From contig OZ116705.1 in the NCBI GenBank assembly GCA_964199315.1, positions 27,838,001 to 27,902,000 on the forward strand: a stretch of DNA of 64,000 nucleotides. The letters run 5' to 3'. This document shows positions 1-15,700 of the stretch, piece by piece (position 1 is the stretch's first letter; each line of letters starts with the position of its first letter). A model generated the notes under the pieces. It was given only the letters and a program-made list of their open reading frames with translations, made no database searches and was not told the DNA's origin. The position numbers were made by a program, and so were the translations under genes. Source of the stretch: Orbicella franksi. Lineage: Eukaryota.

Positions 1-407
1 GAGTGACAAAATAATTTGCAGGAAAAAAAGGAAATGTTAACTGGGAATCAAAAGCAAGAGAGCCTGGAATGTGGAAGTCTACTTGAAAAAAAAAAATACC
101 GGTAAACTCAAGCTACATGTAATAAATCAATGTGCTGCCAAAAAAATAAAAGTAAAGAAGGCATGTAATTCTGAAAAATTGGGATCAAGTGTTTAGATTT
201 TGGGGAAGAACCCAAATTATTTTATTTTATTTGGGAAGAACCCAAATTTTAGAATTGGTACCTCTTGGGTATTGAAAAAATTTCAAGCCACGCCCACAAA
301 CAGGATCTTGGTACAGTGGTTGCTTTCAAAATTTCTGATGAGCACCCCATCCTTTTTACATGGCAGTCTCTCCACCCAAGGGAATGAAGTTTAGCACCAA
401 CCCCCAC

Positions 408-712
408 CCCTTGGAACCTCTGATGACCTTCCGTAGAATGGACATCGACATTTCCCGGAGCAGCACAGTATTGTGCATCATTTTCACAAAGTTGTAGCTC
501 ACCTCTTTGTGCACCTTGTAACATAAGAATGGCTCCATCATTGTCTTCTTCCTCTGACGGCATGAGGTGTTGAGGTGAAAGTGTCTGATTATGCATGAAA
601 TCATACTCATCACCCTGAAAGTAAATGCCATTTCTGCTTCTTTCTCCATTGGCCATGTCATCTTCGATATAAGACAGATCATCCTCCTCATCTTCATACG
701 ATTCACCAGTAT
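408..712 (-). CDS. WDPCP: WDPCP exon 22, acidic low-complexity C-terminal region; 3' boundary uncertain
   Basis: TTTAAG acceptor in phase with exon 21, open frame (DTGESYEDEEDD...). The donor at 407 is weak; without splicing the frame runs into a repeat and stops at 249. Confidence 0.6.
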
Positions 713-3700
713 CTTAAAATCATAATGAGCGTACATTAAAAAAGGTTAAGTCTGCATACAAACCAAATGGCTCAATCAGGCCAGGGTTTATCCCGGTTTC
801 TGGAGCATGAAGTGACTAGGAGTATTTCTACCCACCCCCCCCCCCACCCCCCCTAGATAGGATGCCAGTCCACCATAACATCAAATTTGCTGGTACCATT
901 TTTACGCCTGGGTGAAGAGAGGCACTGTGAGAGTATCACACTGTCTTGCCCAAGAACACAACATAATGTTTCCAGCTGGAACCACTTGATCCAGAGTCAA
1001 GCGCATTAACCATGAGGGCACCACATCTCCTGACGTTCATTGAATTAGTCCTATTTAATAGAAATTCAGTAGTTACATGTCCACTTTTGAAAATGTTGTC
1101 ACCTGCCTCATAATTTTGCATTGTGCAGTTCCAGAAAAAACCATGGAAATTCACAAAAATTCCAAGGGGGAGGGGGAGGGGGGGGTTCGAAAGCAGAAAT
1201 GTTTAAAGGAAAGTATGAAGCTAAACCGGAATTTCCAGGGGGGTGGGGATGGGGGCTTCAAACTAAAAAACCTCTCATGGGAGGGGTATGGATATTTTCT
1301 ACAACAACACAATGAGGTCTCATTGGCTCATTACATCACATGTATTTCTTTGCAATTAGCCAGATGTGATTACTACCTAGTTTTGCTGCTGTTTTACAAA
1401 AGGCAAATTACAGTGTAGTCAGCAAAATACTGTGTAGCTTGCAAATCCCACTGCATCATTACATTGTGTCAGGCTTGAAGGCTTAATTCTCCTTACTAAG
1501 TACCTTACAATTCTTTAAAAGTTGGTTCAGAGAATTTAGTTGTACATCAAACTGTACAAAATCCCCCCCCACCCCCCCCCCCCCATTATATAGCCTAGTT
1601 GACGATTTTCTTTATTCTTGCCACCTTTCCATCTGGTAATATATTGACATTGGGAAAAACAGCATATTGTGTCATAAATGAAGATTACTTCATGGATAAG
1701 GTACACCATAACTGGTCAAAAGATCTCAACCTACCTGATGTTAAAGGCTCATTGTCAATCTGTATCGCCCGTTGTTTTGCTACTTCAGCCAGAGGAGTGT
1801 TGCTGAGATCAGATGCCAAATAGTGAATGTCCTAGGAAATGATACAGAACCTATCAGACAAGTCTATTTTCCTGAGTTAAGTACCGGTATCACATATAGA
1901 AATTGAGAGCAAATAATTGCTTCAGTATAAATCTCCTAGTTGTTCAGAACTTCATCTAAATCTTCTTCACAGACAGTTCAAAAATGCAAGAAGCAGCCAC
2001 CATTCTATTAGCAACCGCACACTCTGGGATACTCATCACCTACAGCAGAATAGATAGTGGGTGGCGTAACCACATGATAGAATGGTAGCAGATTTACTGT
2101 GAATCCTAGAATTGTTTATACCCGGGGTGCTAATTTCAAATTTAGGAGAAGACAGGAGGTGCTCATCCAAGGAAGGCGCTTATTTAATTTTTCCCAAATA
2201 GTGGTAAGATGTGATCGATTTTTGTAATATATGTATGTCTCAGTCCCTCAGAAGTCTCTGAGGGATCCTATCTCTCTTGAAGAGCTACGTAATGTAACCT
2301 CTTTAGCTGGTCTAAGCCTGCTGCACAAGGTTGGTTGGGCTTTAGGCAATGATCAATCAGCAGATCTTCACTACCATCCATTGCGATGGTCAATGTGCAG
2401 TGCTTGAATGAGTTGCTAAACAGTTGCTTGTTATCAGTTGTGTCAGTACTCTTCCATAAAACAGGGGGAGGGAAGGGGGGGGGGGTGCCTATTTAAGGGG
2501 AGGCACTAATTTGAGGATTTATGGTAAACTAAAACTCCATATAAATACTGAGACTGAGCCAACACGACCTATTGATGTTAATACCATACCAAATTATTAA
2601 ATCTAAAATTCAAAGAGTTTCAGTCAGTGTTCAACACTTGAATGTTATATTTACTATTATTATAATAAATAAATTAAATAATAAATAAATTAAATGCCAC
2701 AGACAATGAATTAATTGAACTTAACATGATTGTACAAGTTAGCTAACCATGAAGAGGTCCTTTGCTCCAATGTCTACTGCTAGCAGAAATGCCTTTTCAA
2801 ATCTCCTGTATCTAATGTTACAACAGAGAGAGAACAAACCATGTTATATTCAAGCTCTGACTAAAAGGAAAAAAGTTTTAAAAAAACGTTTTCACATTAT
2901 AATAGCGGGGACGATTTATTATTGTAAGTGAACCAAGATAAACTGGATTGTAAAAGAACTCCAATAAGTGGAACCTATGATCTTCTGCACCCTAATACAA
3001 TGCTCTTTCATCAAGCGGGAAAAGACAGATGGAAGTCAACATGTGTAACTAGGTGCACAAAGCATAACAGTCCCAGAGTCATGTGTAATATTTATCATGG
3101 TTATTATTGATTTTTATTTTCTAAGTTATGCTAGAATTCCGATAGTAAGGGCCCCCATTACATGTACTTTCAGATGTAGCAGGCAAAAGGAGATGCTACT
3201 TTCGGACAGCCATTACTTTTGGGTAGCTGTTACTTTCAGATGATTAAAAAACGATTGCACGATAATTCATGGTTTTTCAGACAAAGCAGATGCATAACCC
3301 AAAGTTAACAATTCTGTTTACATACATGTATGTTACTAACTACCCTCATAAACAAAGCAGACTGTATAAAGACAAAAGGCCTCAAATGTTGTTCGCATTA
3401 TACATTGATCTAAACGACTGCTTGAAATGTTGTATCAAATATACTACAGTGTTAACTGTAGTTGAGAAATAATCTTGAAACGGCCGTTACTTTCGGGTGG
3501 GTCATTATTTTGGGTGTTACATTTGGGGTTCAATAGAAGGATAAAAAATTAACATTACTTTTGGCGAGCTGTGATCTTTGGAGGGATCGTTACTTTCGGA
3601 ATTCTACGGTATCTCACACATTGCCAAAACTGCTCGGTGCAGATTAGGAGATTCTTGTTACATTTGAACCTGGTTATAATTTGGCCAAGCTCAGTTGTAA

Positions 3701-6700
3701 GATGGTCTAACCAATGTGCTGCATGAGGGACATACTGTATGCTTAACTCCTCCTGGAAGCCAACTCAGAATTCTTGTTTTCCCACAGAGTAATTTGTGTC
3801 ACCAGCTCATTTATCATTTCTTTCTGACAACAACCAATATAAAATGACTTTACATAGGAAATATGTTTACTGATTTTTAGACTTCCCTTTTTAATTTTGT
3901 TGGTCAGAAATGAGTGGTACATATCAATAAATTTTGTGGTACATGTCCATCAGGACAGTGTCTGATGATTTCAAATTATGACAGTTACATTATCACAGAT
4001 CCAAATTCTCCGAACTGAATTTCATCAGATATTTGAAAAAAATCAAAGAGAAATTGTTTTGTGATCAGCACCTGAGTAAGTGGTGGAAGAATCTTCTGGA
4101 AAGTTTGCTAATCATGTCTCGGAATTGTAGAACTGTGACATCAGACAGCGGTCGACTTGGTGCATAGAAACTACCAAGCGTCTCTTCAAGTAAACCTGTA
4201 ACACAATAACACATTACACTGTCTGATGCTGAAATGTCTATAGCACAAGCTGGGATGTCAATAATCGTGACAAAACTACTGGTATTCAGGGTATGGAGGT
4301 GGTGTATGTAAGAAGCTGTGGAGGGGGGCGGGGTTGTACAAATTTTAATGTGGGGATCCACCCCTAGAGCCAAACCCTTACCCTTTTATAGAACATGTTT
4401 GACAGGAAAAAGTAACCCTGTTAATCGATACCTCCCATAGAAAATTGCACCCCTTTCACCAACAGTTTCTATACCTTTGGAGTGAGTGTGTTAACCATGA
4501 ATATTTTCTGTTTCTCCTTTCAATACCTAAGTTTCCTCTTAAATAACTTTAAATACCTAATTCCCCTTTAAAACCTAAGTGAACGTTTCCATATCTTTTT
4601 TATACTCCAACTCACGAAACACCTGCTGTTTGACATACCTCCAGCAATAAAAGATATCCCTCTAAGGTGGAAACTCTCCACCTACTCCATTACAAGGAGT
4701 ACCCCCTCCCCTTCGTAAGACAGGGGATAAGCTCTCTGCTCTAGAAAGGTGTTATATATGGCTACTTCTATGTGGCACAATCAGGATGCAGAACTTTGGT
4801 AAGTTACCCCAATTGTTAAAAAGATGGATAACACATTGTTTGTTTTGTTAGTATTTATACAACCACTGTACAGTTGATGGCAATGTCCACTCTTTGAACA
4901 AATGGGACCTGTCATTTATTCTGTCTCAAAGGACCTGATGCTCCATGTTATACATGCTAAAGTAGACCCTGGATGAGGGGAACTCTGATATAAAAAGGAC
5001 TTGGGTGCTTGTCGTACCTTCGAGGGGTTAAAAAAGCAGTTTCGCTACCTCTCAGGGTGTTCAGCCTCAACAGGTCCACAGTGTGAGCTTTTGTGGTACC
5101 TTATAGGGTACTGAGCTGAACATGACAGGAGATAATGTGTTGTTTTAGAATTGGTACCTCTTAGGAGTGAAAAACATTTCAAGCCATGCCCATGACGCAG
5201 GATCTCGGTACCTCTTAGGGGTTCTTTTCAAAAGTTATGATGAGCACCCCTGTCCATTTTTTTGGGGGGGAGTCCCCTTCCCCAGGGAGCAGAAGTATAG
5301 TAAACACAAGTGTGAAACAAATTTTTCTTTCATAATGTTCACAGAATCATTTGAGATTAAGCTTACTCTAATGACATAATTAAGAAGTTGAAACTTCCTT
5401 ACCTTCTCTTTCAGAGTTCAATGGTAGTTTCAGAAGATTGTTCATGATAATAGACATACATGCAAAACATGCATTCCCTTCTGTGTTCCAATTCATACTG
5501 TTAAGAAAATTCACTGCCTGTTGAAGCACAGATACAGTAATGTGTCTGAACATAACATTTGTACTATCATTCCTCTGCAATTGTTTGAAAATGTCTCTAG
5601 TAAAGTAAAAGTTGAATCACAGTGGAATCCCGATTCTTTGAACCCTCAATTTTTCCTACCTCCTGATAACTCAAACCAAAAGCTGTTCCCTCTCCTCAGT
5701 CGAATACTGTAATTTTACCCCTGATTTCTCAAACTCTCTGATTTTTCAAACCAATTTTTGTTTCGCTGGGAGGTTCAAAAAATCATGACTCCACTGTATT
5801 TGGACCATGGATGTGAAAACTAAACGTTTTAAATCCTGCTGTATGTTCTCAGTAACATATCCTGTATTTGACAATAAGTACATGTATTATAGAGCTCCAA
5901 GTCTCTTACAATTATTAGAGAGGGAATTCCCATAGGAAATTACAAGAATCATGCCTCTTGAAAATTTGTATAAAACTGCTAGAAGTTACGAGAATCAATT
6001 TTATCAAGGTGTAGTAGAAATCCCAAAATCTTTAAATGATATGTGTGATAAAATGAGCTTGAGGTGACAAAATCCAGCCTTTTAAGTGTAAATTGTGGCT
6101 AATAGAACATTTTATGAAGCTATATTGAGTCTTCTAAACAAGTTTGTTATCAAAAATGTACCCTAAGAGGTACCACAGAGCTTGATGCTGCGACCACTGG
6201 GATCGCCAATGCGCCAATTTTTTTTCACTGGCGACTAACTTTTCACGCTTTTCACTGAAATATTTTTGCTAGCAACTAAATCTGAAAACCTAGGGGCCAG
6301 CTGGTCCCAAGGTTTTTTCCTGAAAGTTGAGCCCACTCAAATAATTATGTAATAATAAATTCCTGTAAGTAACATACATGTGTATCTAACTCGCCCCAAG
6401 AAATAAAAAAGTGGAATTGAATTACATTTGTCAAGTTGACAAAAAGTGCTGATGTGTGGTATTTTCAGGGACACTGGGACATTTGGGAAAAACCCCTTCA
6501 TATGCTTGATACCCCACCCCAAAACCCACAGTGAAATGTTGTCCTCTGCTTGTTCATGTTTGATGCATTCTACTGTGCCAGGTCACCCCTTTCTGAGCCT
6601 GCCAAGTTCAGCTCTCACTCCGGACCCCAAGTGGAATGTTGTCTTATAGTATTTACCTCCTCTGCTTGCTCATGTTTGATGTACTCTGATACCATTTCCA

Positions 6701-9700
6701 CTGTGCCAAGTCGCCCATTTGTTAGCACACCAAGTTCAACTCTCAGTAGACACAAAGGTCCTCTGTAATATAAACAACAAAAGCATTCAGTGCTAAACCT
6801 ATCCTCGACATTGATTAATAAAAAGTTCCACAAATAGATCCTGACAGTAACCAATTTTGAAATTAAAGTACATGCAGTCAACTCTTAAAACACCCTTACC
6901 ACACTTCTCCTGGAGAGATAAATCAAACTCTCGAAATAATTGCCATAATTGCTTTTTTGCTGCCATACTGTAACTTGCAAATGCCACTGTGACCTTATTG
7001 AGAGGATGGCAATGTGAGCATCGGAAATCAAAACCAAGTCACATCCAGACTAGTCCACACACTCTCCTGTTCTTGTTTGATGTTGGGTTATTTTACTGCT
7101 TACTTAGTGCATCAGCAAAGACTACAAACCTGTCAAACAAGATGAGCAAGTTGTCATGGCAACCAATACTGTTGTCAGCAAGGTTACCAATGGGAGCTTC
7201 ACATGACCATATCACCCCATTCAGTTTCACTGGATGTCTAAAACCAACAAATGAATGCAATTAGTAAAATTCTTGAGTAAAATAGCTAAACACAGAATAA
7301 TTAATGTAGTTGTTAGGAGTTAACAAAACAAAACAAAATAGATCATGATATTTAGAGAGGAAGCCACATCAGCCTTAGCTGGTTTTCATGCAGTTCCTCT
7401 ATCCTGGTCAAATTGGAATTTAGAGATGTTGGGTTTTGTGGAGGGAGGGAAACCGGAGTACCTGTTTAAAAACCCTTCAAGCAGGGCGAGAACCAGCAAT
7501 AAACTCGACCCACATATGGCTCCAGGCCAGAATTTGAACCTAGGCCATATGGGTGGGAGGCAAGTGTTCTTCTGCGCTCTCCTTAAGAGTGACTGATATT
7601 CAAAATTTTGCCTTTTGATAATAGTACTAACACTGATCCTATTTAGATAGCCTGAATAAAAAATTTTGAGGCAAGGCAGCTGAGGAAAGAAAGGTGAGGA
7701 TTGGCTTACGGAAAATATTTCCTGAGTTCAAGATTGTGTTGTGGGGAAGGCTTCTCTGCTACAAGTTGAATGAGAACTGGAGCTAAAGCCATGTCAAAGA
7801 TCTGGAAAAAATACCAACAATTTCTTTTATTCTTTTATAATGTACAGACTACAACTCACTAAACAATATCAAAAAATTCACTCAGTTAAGAAACGTGATC
7901 CATCATTTGAGACCCCAGTCTCAACAGTAAACCAATCGTTAATTATAACTACTTATTAACCTAGAGTGAAGTCTTTATGGGAAAATCTCAATACGAGACC
8001 TTACCGCATTGATCGAGCGATAGTGAGGTCAATACCACAAGGCTGAGGTCTGAGATTTTCCTGTTAAGACCAAACCTTCAAGGTTAATAAGTTGTTTATT
8101 ATATGGCCTTTTGCTTTGTTTTTACAGGCCTATAATCTGCCGTTGGCATTATGGGAGAATAATGTCCTGGAATCAAAGCACATGAGCCAATCAGAGTCTG
8201 CGTTATATCGGCTACAAACACAGGCCGTATGGGTGCAAATGTTACCAGCAATTTATTACTTTATATAAAAGAATCAGATGTAATGAGCACACCTGAAATT
8301 ATATTCGCTGATCACGTCTTGTAAAACTGAGATGATCAATAATGCTGAACACTCATATTTAGACTATCTGTAGAACCCTACCTTTTAATTTTTATATAAC
8401 CATGTCACTACTGTGCCCTCTTTAATTCCGACCAAGCAAAAGCTCGGTTTTGGAAAGAATATTTCTACCTTTACTAGAAGTAAAGTCTGCATACCAGCCA
8501 TTTGGTCCATCAGGCCAGAGAGTATCCCAGTTTCTGTAGCACGAAGCAACTAGGAGTATTTCTACTCCCCCCTGGATGGAATGCTATTCCATTACAGGGT
8601 TACCCCAAGTATTAAGTTTGCCGGTGCCCATTTATACACCTGGATGGCGTGGGGGCACTGTGAGAGTAAAGTGTCTTGCCCAAGAACACAACGCAATGTC
8701 CCCAGCCAGGGCTTGAACCTGGACCCCTTGATCCAGAGATAAGCGTACTAACCATGAGGCCACCGCTGAAATTTACAACTGGATTTTCATGGCCCATTGA
8801 TGGTGAGATTAACAACGTTCCACCGTAGTCTCAAATGGTCTCTTGGATTAATAGGAGTCCAGCATAATTGCAATTGACACCAATGGATAAATGGGGCTCC
8901 ATTTAAATTGCAATGAACCTGTATGTTTATCACAGTTTTTTACCTGGATGTCCCCATCAGCGCTGCACACAAGCACCACAGCATCACCAGGATGCCACTG
9001 GATAACTGATGGAATCTAAAGAAACATGACAATTGATAATGATAATAATAATAGTGGTTACACTGGGACTTGCCCATGTAACCTCTGGATCGCAAGTCCA
9101 GAATCTAACCTTTCGGCTATGCTACCTTCAATAGGATCACTTAGATGGATAGTGGCATTAAGTGCAAGGAAGACACTGCTCATGGTTTTCCATCTGACAG
9201 CCCAGCGCAAGACGTTACTGGAGATTCCCTTCCACCTTTAACAGGATTCCAATCCACAACCTTTGTGATTGTGTTGCAAAAGCCAGAATTATAAATACTG
9301 TTTGTTCTTTGAAAACTTGACTTGCACGATTTCTTTTATTCACTTAAAACATAGTGATACTCTTGTCAATGGAACATATTCTAGAACATGATCGTGTGTC
9401 TTACCAAAGTAGCTTTTGTCATCTGTGTCACTCGTCTGTGATCATCATACAACATCTGAAAACAAAAGTCATCAAGCAAACATCAAATAAATCTTTCTCA
9501 GTGTGCGATATAAAAGGTTTGCATTTATTAGCCCAATTTTGATATATTAAAATTCAGCCTAAAAACAATAGACCTCAGCATGAGGCTCTGGGGAATAACT
9601 ACAGAGTTTGTGAGATTTAAATTTTAATACATCAAAATTGGTCTATTGAATCAACTTTCTATATCATCATTGCATCCCTAAAAAGGACCTAAGAACTTGT

Positions 9701-12700
9701 GGGGGTGGTCAACCATGTCTCAGATAGGAGGGGGTCACAATTTTATGCCTTCAATGAGCAGATCTTCACAAGGCAATTTTCGCGTCAAATATTCACAATG
9801 TTATGACGTTGTGTGCCAATTTGGCACTCTTAGGGAGTAAAGGGTTAAGTGATGATTGATGCCTAATACATCCTATCAGACGGTGCAACAATGATGATGA
9901 TCATGGTGATGATGATGATGATGATGAAGAAGAAGAAGACGAAGGACTGATTTTAATTTTGAGTTTTTAAAAAACAAAAGCGTTGGCTTACAAGCATGCC
10001 ATCCTCACACCCAAGCAGCAGCTTGTCTTCAGCGTGATTTCTTTGTTGAACAATGATTGGAGCTACAGCACAAAAAAATAATACAAAAAGAATTAACTTG
10101 ACGAAAGGATTTTTTCCCAATCAACTATTTTGCCCCTCGGAAAGGGCCGGAAAATAAATTTACCTGCAAATATTTCATGATAGTAATTTCCATAAAATTG
10201 ATATATTCTGCAAATTTGTAGTAAAAACAGTCATGGTTGTAAGCATAAAGTGCCCATAACGTCAAATTTTTTGCTTTCTCATCTGATTCTTCATAACATC
10301 CAATTAACTTTCTCAAAAAATTTCTCGATTTGCATAAAACGCAATTTTTTTATAATTTTTTAATGGCGTTCAAATTTGCTGCCATTTTGGTCTACCATTC
10401 GCACCAGTCTTCCTCGGTTTGAAGTGAGTCATGACATAGGTTCAGGAACACATTATTTGGGTTGTGACTTATCTGACTTGAAAACAAGTAAAAATTTTGC
10501 TCCGGAGTTGTCTCAATTTAGTTGAAAATGCTGGAAAGGTGCATTGCCACTCTTTGTAACAACATTTATGATCCAGAAAACAACATCAGTCTTCCTGAAT
10601 CTACATCACAGGCATCAGTCACATGGCCATTTTGAGCACGTTATTCATGTGATCAGTGGCAGGGGTCGACCGCAAGAAAATAGAATTTTGAACTTTGTAA
10701 AAATTCGTAAAAAAATTGCGTTTTATCTAAATCAAAAAATTTTTTCACAGAAGTTCATTAGGTGAAACGCAGAATTAGATGAGCACAATTTTTTTTTTTG
10801 ACATTATGGGCACTTAAAGCACACAGCAACGGATCCAAAATTTATAGGTCAAATTTGAGGGATGTATTTATAACCAAGTCTTTTAAGGTTAAATGTGAAG
10901 CATTTTTGCCTAATAGGAGTTTTTAATATCCAAATTTCACTTTGTCTCAATGTGCCAAACAAAGAATTTGAATAAGAAAAATGTGTAATAAACATGAAGA
11001 ATTTGTAAATAAACCCCTAGAATGCAGAAAATAATTTATGTGATGCTGGTGTCGTAGTCGCTAATAACCATTACTGAACAGCTAATTGTGTTGATTGGAA
11101 ATGTACATAAAATGTTATATAACTGTTTAAATATAATACCTTTTACAGGAACAGTAGTAGTAGTTACTTTTTCAATCTGTTGAAAAATTAAATGCAACAA
11201 AAGATTGTCTAAAAAAATGATAATGATTTTATTTTGATTGCTAAAAATTGTAAAAGTAAAATGATGACTGTCTACAGTGTACCTTTTGTGATCAAGAGGT
11301 TGCTGTTAAGCTTGTCACAGCCATAATTATCATACTTAGTAAAAATCTATTAGCGTTCAATCACAAATGCTGTTCTCAGATTGGCCACGCTACTCACTAT
11401 CTATTCTGTTGGAGATAGTAAACTTTGCAGCCTACCAGTGTGTGTTTGTTTACAAAATGACGGCTGTTTCTTTCTTTTTTCAACGTGATCTGTGAAGAGG
11501 ATTTACATTACGTTTTGAACAAATAGTTAGATCTATTTCAAAACATTAGATAATTTACTCTTGATTTCTTATGCATGATAGTTGGCTTGGGCTGCACGCT
11601 CGTTAACTATGATGTGATAAGATCCCAAGCTCATAATCTAATTGTTAGATAGAATCATTTCTATGCAACAAACCTTGGTGCCATTGTACTCATAAATACA
11701 GCTGTCAACACTGGAGTCTCCACCCCCTGCTGATGACTGCTCCAGGGTCAGTACATGGTGCGGCTGATTGAAACTGAATATAAACAAAACAAAAAATTGC
11801 AGTGAAACCTGTATTAAGAGAACACCCTTGGGACACTCATTAGTGTCCGCTTTATACAGGGTGTCCACTCTAACCAGGTTCTAATACAATGTGCAATAAT
11901 AGTTATTAAACCTTTTGTCACACAGTGTAACACAATGTAAGATCACAGACTGCTAATAAGACAATACCCAGTCAGCTAATGCATTAATCTGGAATAATCT
12001 ACTTAGCTTTAAAACGTTATCACTGAACAATGATATTAAAGGAGTCTCGGCTGAGCTTTCAGAAGTAAAAAGCCTTAAGTGTCCAGATTTTGTGCAATGA
12101 AATGGCTTAAAAGTGGTGTCCGCATCCGCTTAACAGAGGCATCCGCTGAAAGCAGGTTTATTTGTTAATATGTGAAGAAAATATAAGGACTCAAACTGAT
12201 GTCCACTTAACTGAGGGTGTATGCTTAATATGGCATCTGTTTACTACAGGTTTCACTGTAGTGAAATTCATTGTATTTCAGGGATCATCGCTAAATTATC
12301 CTTCACAACAAAAGTATGGAAACAACCAGAGGTGTATAAAAAAGTTTCATTTGAACATTGCTACATATATCTATTATTCGTACTTGCCTGTACAGGTGCA
12401 GATACTGACCTAAATGCTGCATGGATAGGATCGCACTCTGTCCTGACATAACACAACATCTCCATTTTTGGCCTGACAACAAAAATCAAAAGAGAAAAAA
12501 TTAAAGAGGTCAGGGTAGCTAGCAAGATGCCACTAGAAGCAGTTGCTCCTCCCTGTGGACAGAATGTGGAAATGCAGTTGTAGCTTAATTGGTTAGCGCG
12601 CTGGACTTCGGATTCAGTGGTCCAAGTACAAGTCCTAACCGAGGTCATTTTGACTTGTGTTCTTGTGCAAGATGCTTTACTCTCACAAGACTAGTACAGT

Positions 12701-15700
12701 TTAATTACCTACATTTTTAATCCAGCATTACTAACTGTTATTTACTAGTAACTTTTTAGGCAAGTTTCTTTCACATGGGGATGACCTTGAAACTCCCAAT
12801 TTTTTAGCTATTAACATGCATGGTATGGTGTGGCGTACTGTGGTTAAGCAATAGAGCACTTTTTTCCGTGTTTATACATAGCCTCATCTAATATCTCGGA
12901 GGGTTGGGAAATTCGAGACAGTTATGCAAACCCGAGATGTAGTCGAGGGTTTGCATAACTTTCGAGAATTCTCCCAACCCTCCGAGTGTTAAGATGAGGC
13001 TATGTAAACATGGAAAAAGTGCTCTATTTCTTTTATAAAATAATTCTCAAAAATACGCATGAATCTAAAACGTCACAACCGTGTTTACATACTCTCATCT
13101 AAACACACCTATCGACCAATGAGAGCATGCGTAGTAGCTCAGTTATTTTATAATGTTGTTTGGTGTGGCGTGGTATGGTATGGTAAGTGATGTTAATAAC
13201 ATTACCCGTTTAGACTAAAGATGACTAGGTTTGCTCTATCTTTCTCTCCTGACATTGGAGACCATGGCCAGGCTTCTTCAGTGTGACTGCACCACCACAC
13301 CAACACCTGACAATTAAATGCATTTGGTTATAATAAGTTAAGTTTCCATGGTAACCAGCAGAAGTCTTGCATACTCTTTGGCATACATGTAGTTGTTTAA
13401 AATATAGAGCAAGAACATGATGTAACTAGTAACAAATGCAAGGAACCTTTAAAAATTACAGAAAGTTGTGAAATATGTTGATTGGAGCAAAACTGCATGA
13501 TGACATCACTCACTCTGGCTTCAACTGTAAAAAAATGATATAATTATGAACTCAACATAGTAAATGGTTTGAACCCAGGGGTATCGGTAGTTCGTATAGT
13601 GTGATCGTCTGGGTGAGGGTGGTTCTGAAAAGAACTGTTGTTGGTGACTGTCGTTTTGACAACCTGAGTGAAAGTCATCTTCAAAGTCAAGTGACTCTGA
13701 AGATGCCTTGACTCTGAAGATGAATTCCGCTCAGGTTGTCGAAACATCAGTCACCAACGACAGTTCTTTTCAGAACTACCCTCACCCGAACGATCACATG
13801 ATATGAACTACTGATATTATGACCTGTCATGCACATGCACAATACAAAATTGACCATTCAAGATTGCTTACCATGTCTTGCCTTGAGTTGAGGGACAAAT
13901 GTCTGTTCAATCTCTTGCTTGATGGGCCAGGAATATCGACAAATGATGTCTGGAAACAGGAAAAAGATTAAAAATGTTCTAAGTCCACTATAGTTGAAAA
14001 TAACACACCCCAAATTGATATTTTGATTAAAACACCTTTATGAAGAGTGAGGCTATATATCAGGTGGGTGGGTGGTTGTGGGTCATGCCTCATGGGTCGT
14101 GTGCAGATGGCGTTGGACACAGCTTGCAAAGCATGCCGGGAGAAATTTTCACTGAAGCTCATTTTCATATGATTGCCGAACAGCAAACATCTCAATGCGC
14201 AGAAGGTGATATGGAAATATGACTTATAGGAGGTTCCCTCGCTTTCGATGTTGAAAGAAATCTTGAATGACATCCATATTAAATCTTTTGCAGGCCAAGT
14301 GATAGCATTAGATGTCTTCTACTTGATTCACAAAGCCGCCATTTTCAGTGCTGAACAACTGATTTTGGAATCGAAGCTTTGCGGTACGTTGAATCTCTAC
14401 TGTTGAACAGGAAAATTTTTTCCGTTTCCGACACAATTGAATTTGATCTTAACTTGCCAGGTGGTGCGTGAAGATAATGCAAGATTTTATCATCTAGGTC
14501 CAAGTGGTCCAGAGGACGAAAATTGCATTTATTTAGCTCCTGCTAAAGATTATATTACCAGTATCAGGTCAGAACTGAACTATGAAACTCAAAAGAGTTA
14601 TTTATGAAACAGTTATATAGAATTTTCAGAAAGTTTTTACTAATCCTTGGCTGTCCTTGTGGACCCGTCTTACATTTCTGCGAGTTTGGAATGGATTCTA
14701 TTAACTTGACAGATTTACTAACTAAATAATGTGGGACTTGACCTTATCACAATTTGGAAGCAACGCACACATAATTTAGCCGGAAGATTTGATGAGCAAT
14801 TAATGCAGTGGCAGTTCATTGAAATAAATACCTTCCTGTATGGTGCACCAGCCCAGCATTAATGACCAACTCCCCATCCCATTTTAAAACACTTGCCTGA
14901 CACAATTTTTGTTTTCCACACAGACAAGATGTGCATGTATAAATTCAGTTAAAGCAATAAACCCAGCTGATGTTCTGAGGTATTAGTGATGAGGGGTGTG
15001 AAGATTTTAGCAAAAGGGAGAGGAGGGTGGGCAACAATGATAACAATGATAAGTTTTCAAGAGCTTTGTTTGTTGGTTGTGAACCAAATTTATGTATAAC
15101 TGTACTCTTCATTTTTGGAGAGCAGCTGCAGTCCGCAGTCGTTGATTTGTGGCACATAAATGATGAAAAAAGAATGTAGATGTCTGTCTTAACTACCTTC
15201 GTTGATAAATTGATTTATTGGAATAATTCAAATTATATCACGTGATTATTAAATTATTACAACTTGATAACAGTATGCAGAGAAAGAAAGCACTGTTTTG
15301 GGTTGCCGTGTCAGTCATTGAACTATTTTTGGGTCTCGTTTTAGCCTAAAAGATTGGTTATAAAAATCTGTGCCTCGTTTTCACTGTGCCCCCTTCCCCA
15401 CCTCCTGGGATTTATAAAAGGTAAACTTAAGGTAAAGTCTGCATACAAGCTAAGTAGCCCATCAGGCTGGAGCTTATCCAGGTTTCTGTGGCATGAAGTG
15501 ACTAGGAGTAGTTCTACCCCCCAGACAGGATGCAAGTCCGTTGCAGGCTTACTCCAAGCATTAAGGTTACCGGTACACATTTATACACCTGGGTAGAGAG
15601 AGGTACTGTGTCTTGTCCAAGAAGCAATGCAATGATCCCTCTCAGATCCAGAGACAAGCGCACTAACCATGAGGCCACTGCGCCTCCCCCTGAGATTTAT

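Noticed and set aside
1950-2042. Candidate WDPCP exon VMSIPECAVANRMVAASCIFELS
   Set aside because: Exons 20 and 21 already join in frame as DLFM|DIHYL, matching the conserved protein; there is no room for it.
12385-12409. Possible GC donor extending exon 9
   Set aside because: It would give the wrong phase for exon 10; the GT donor at 12409 fits.
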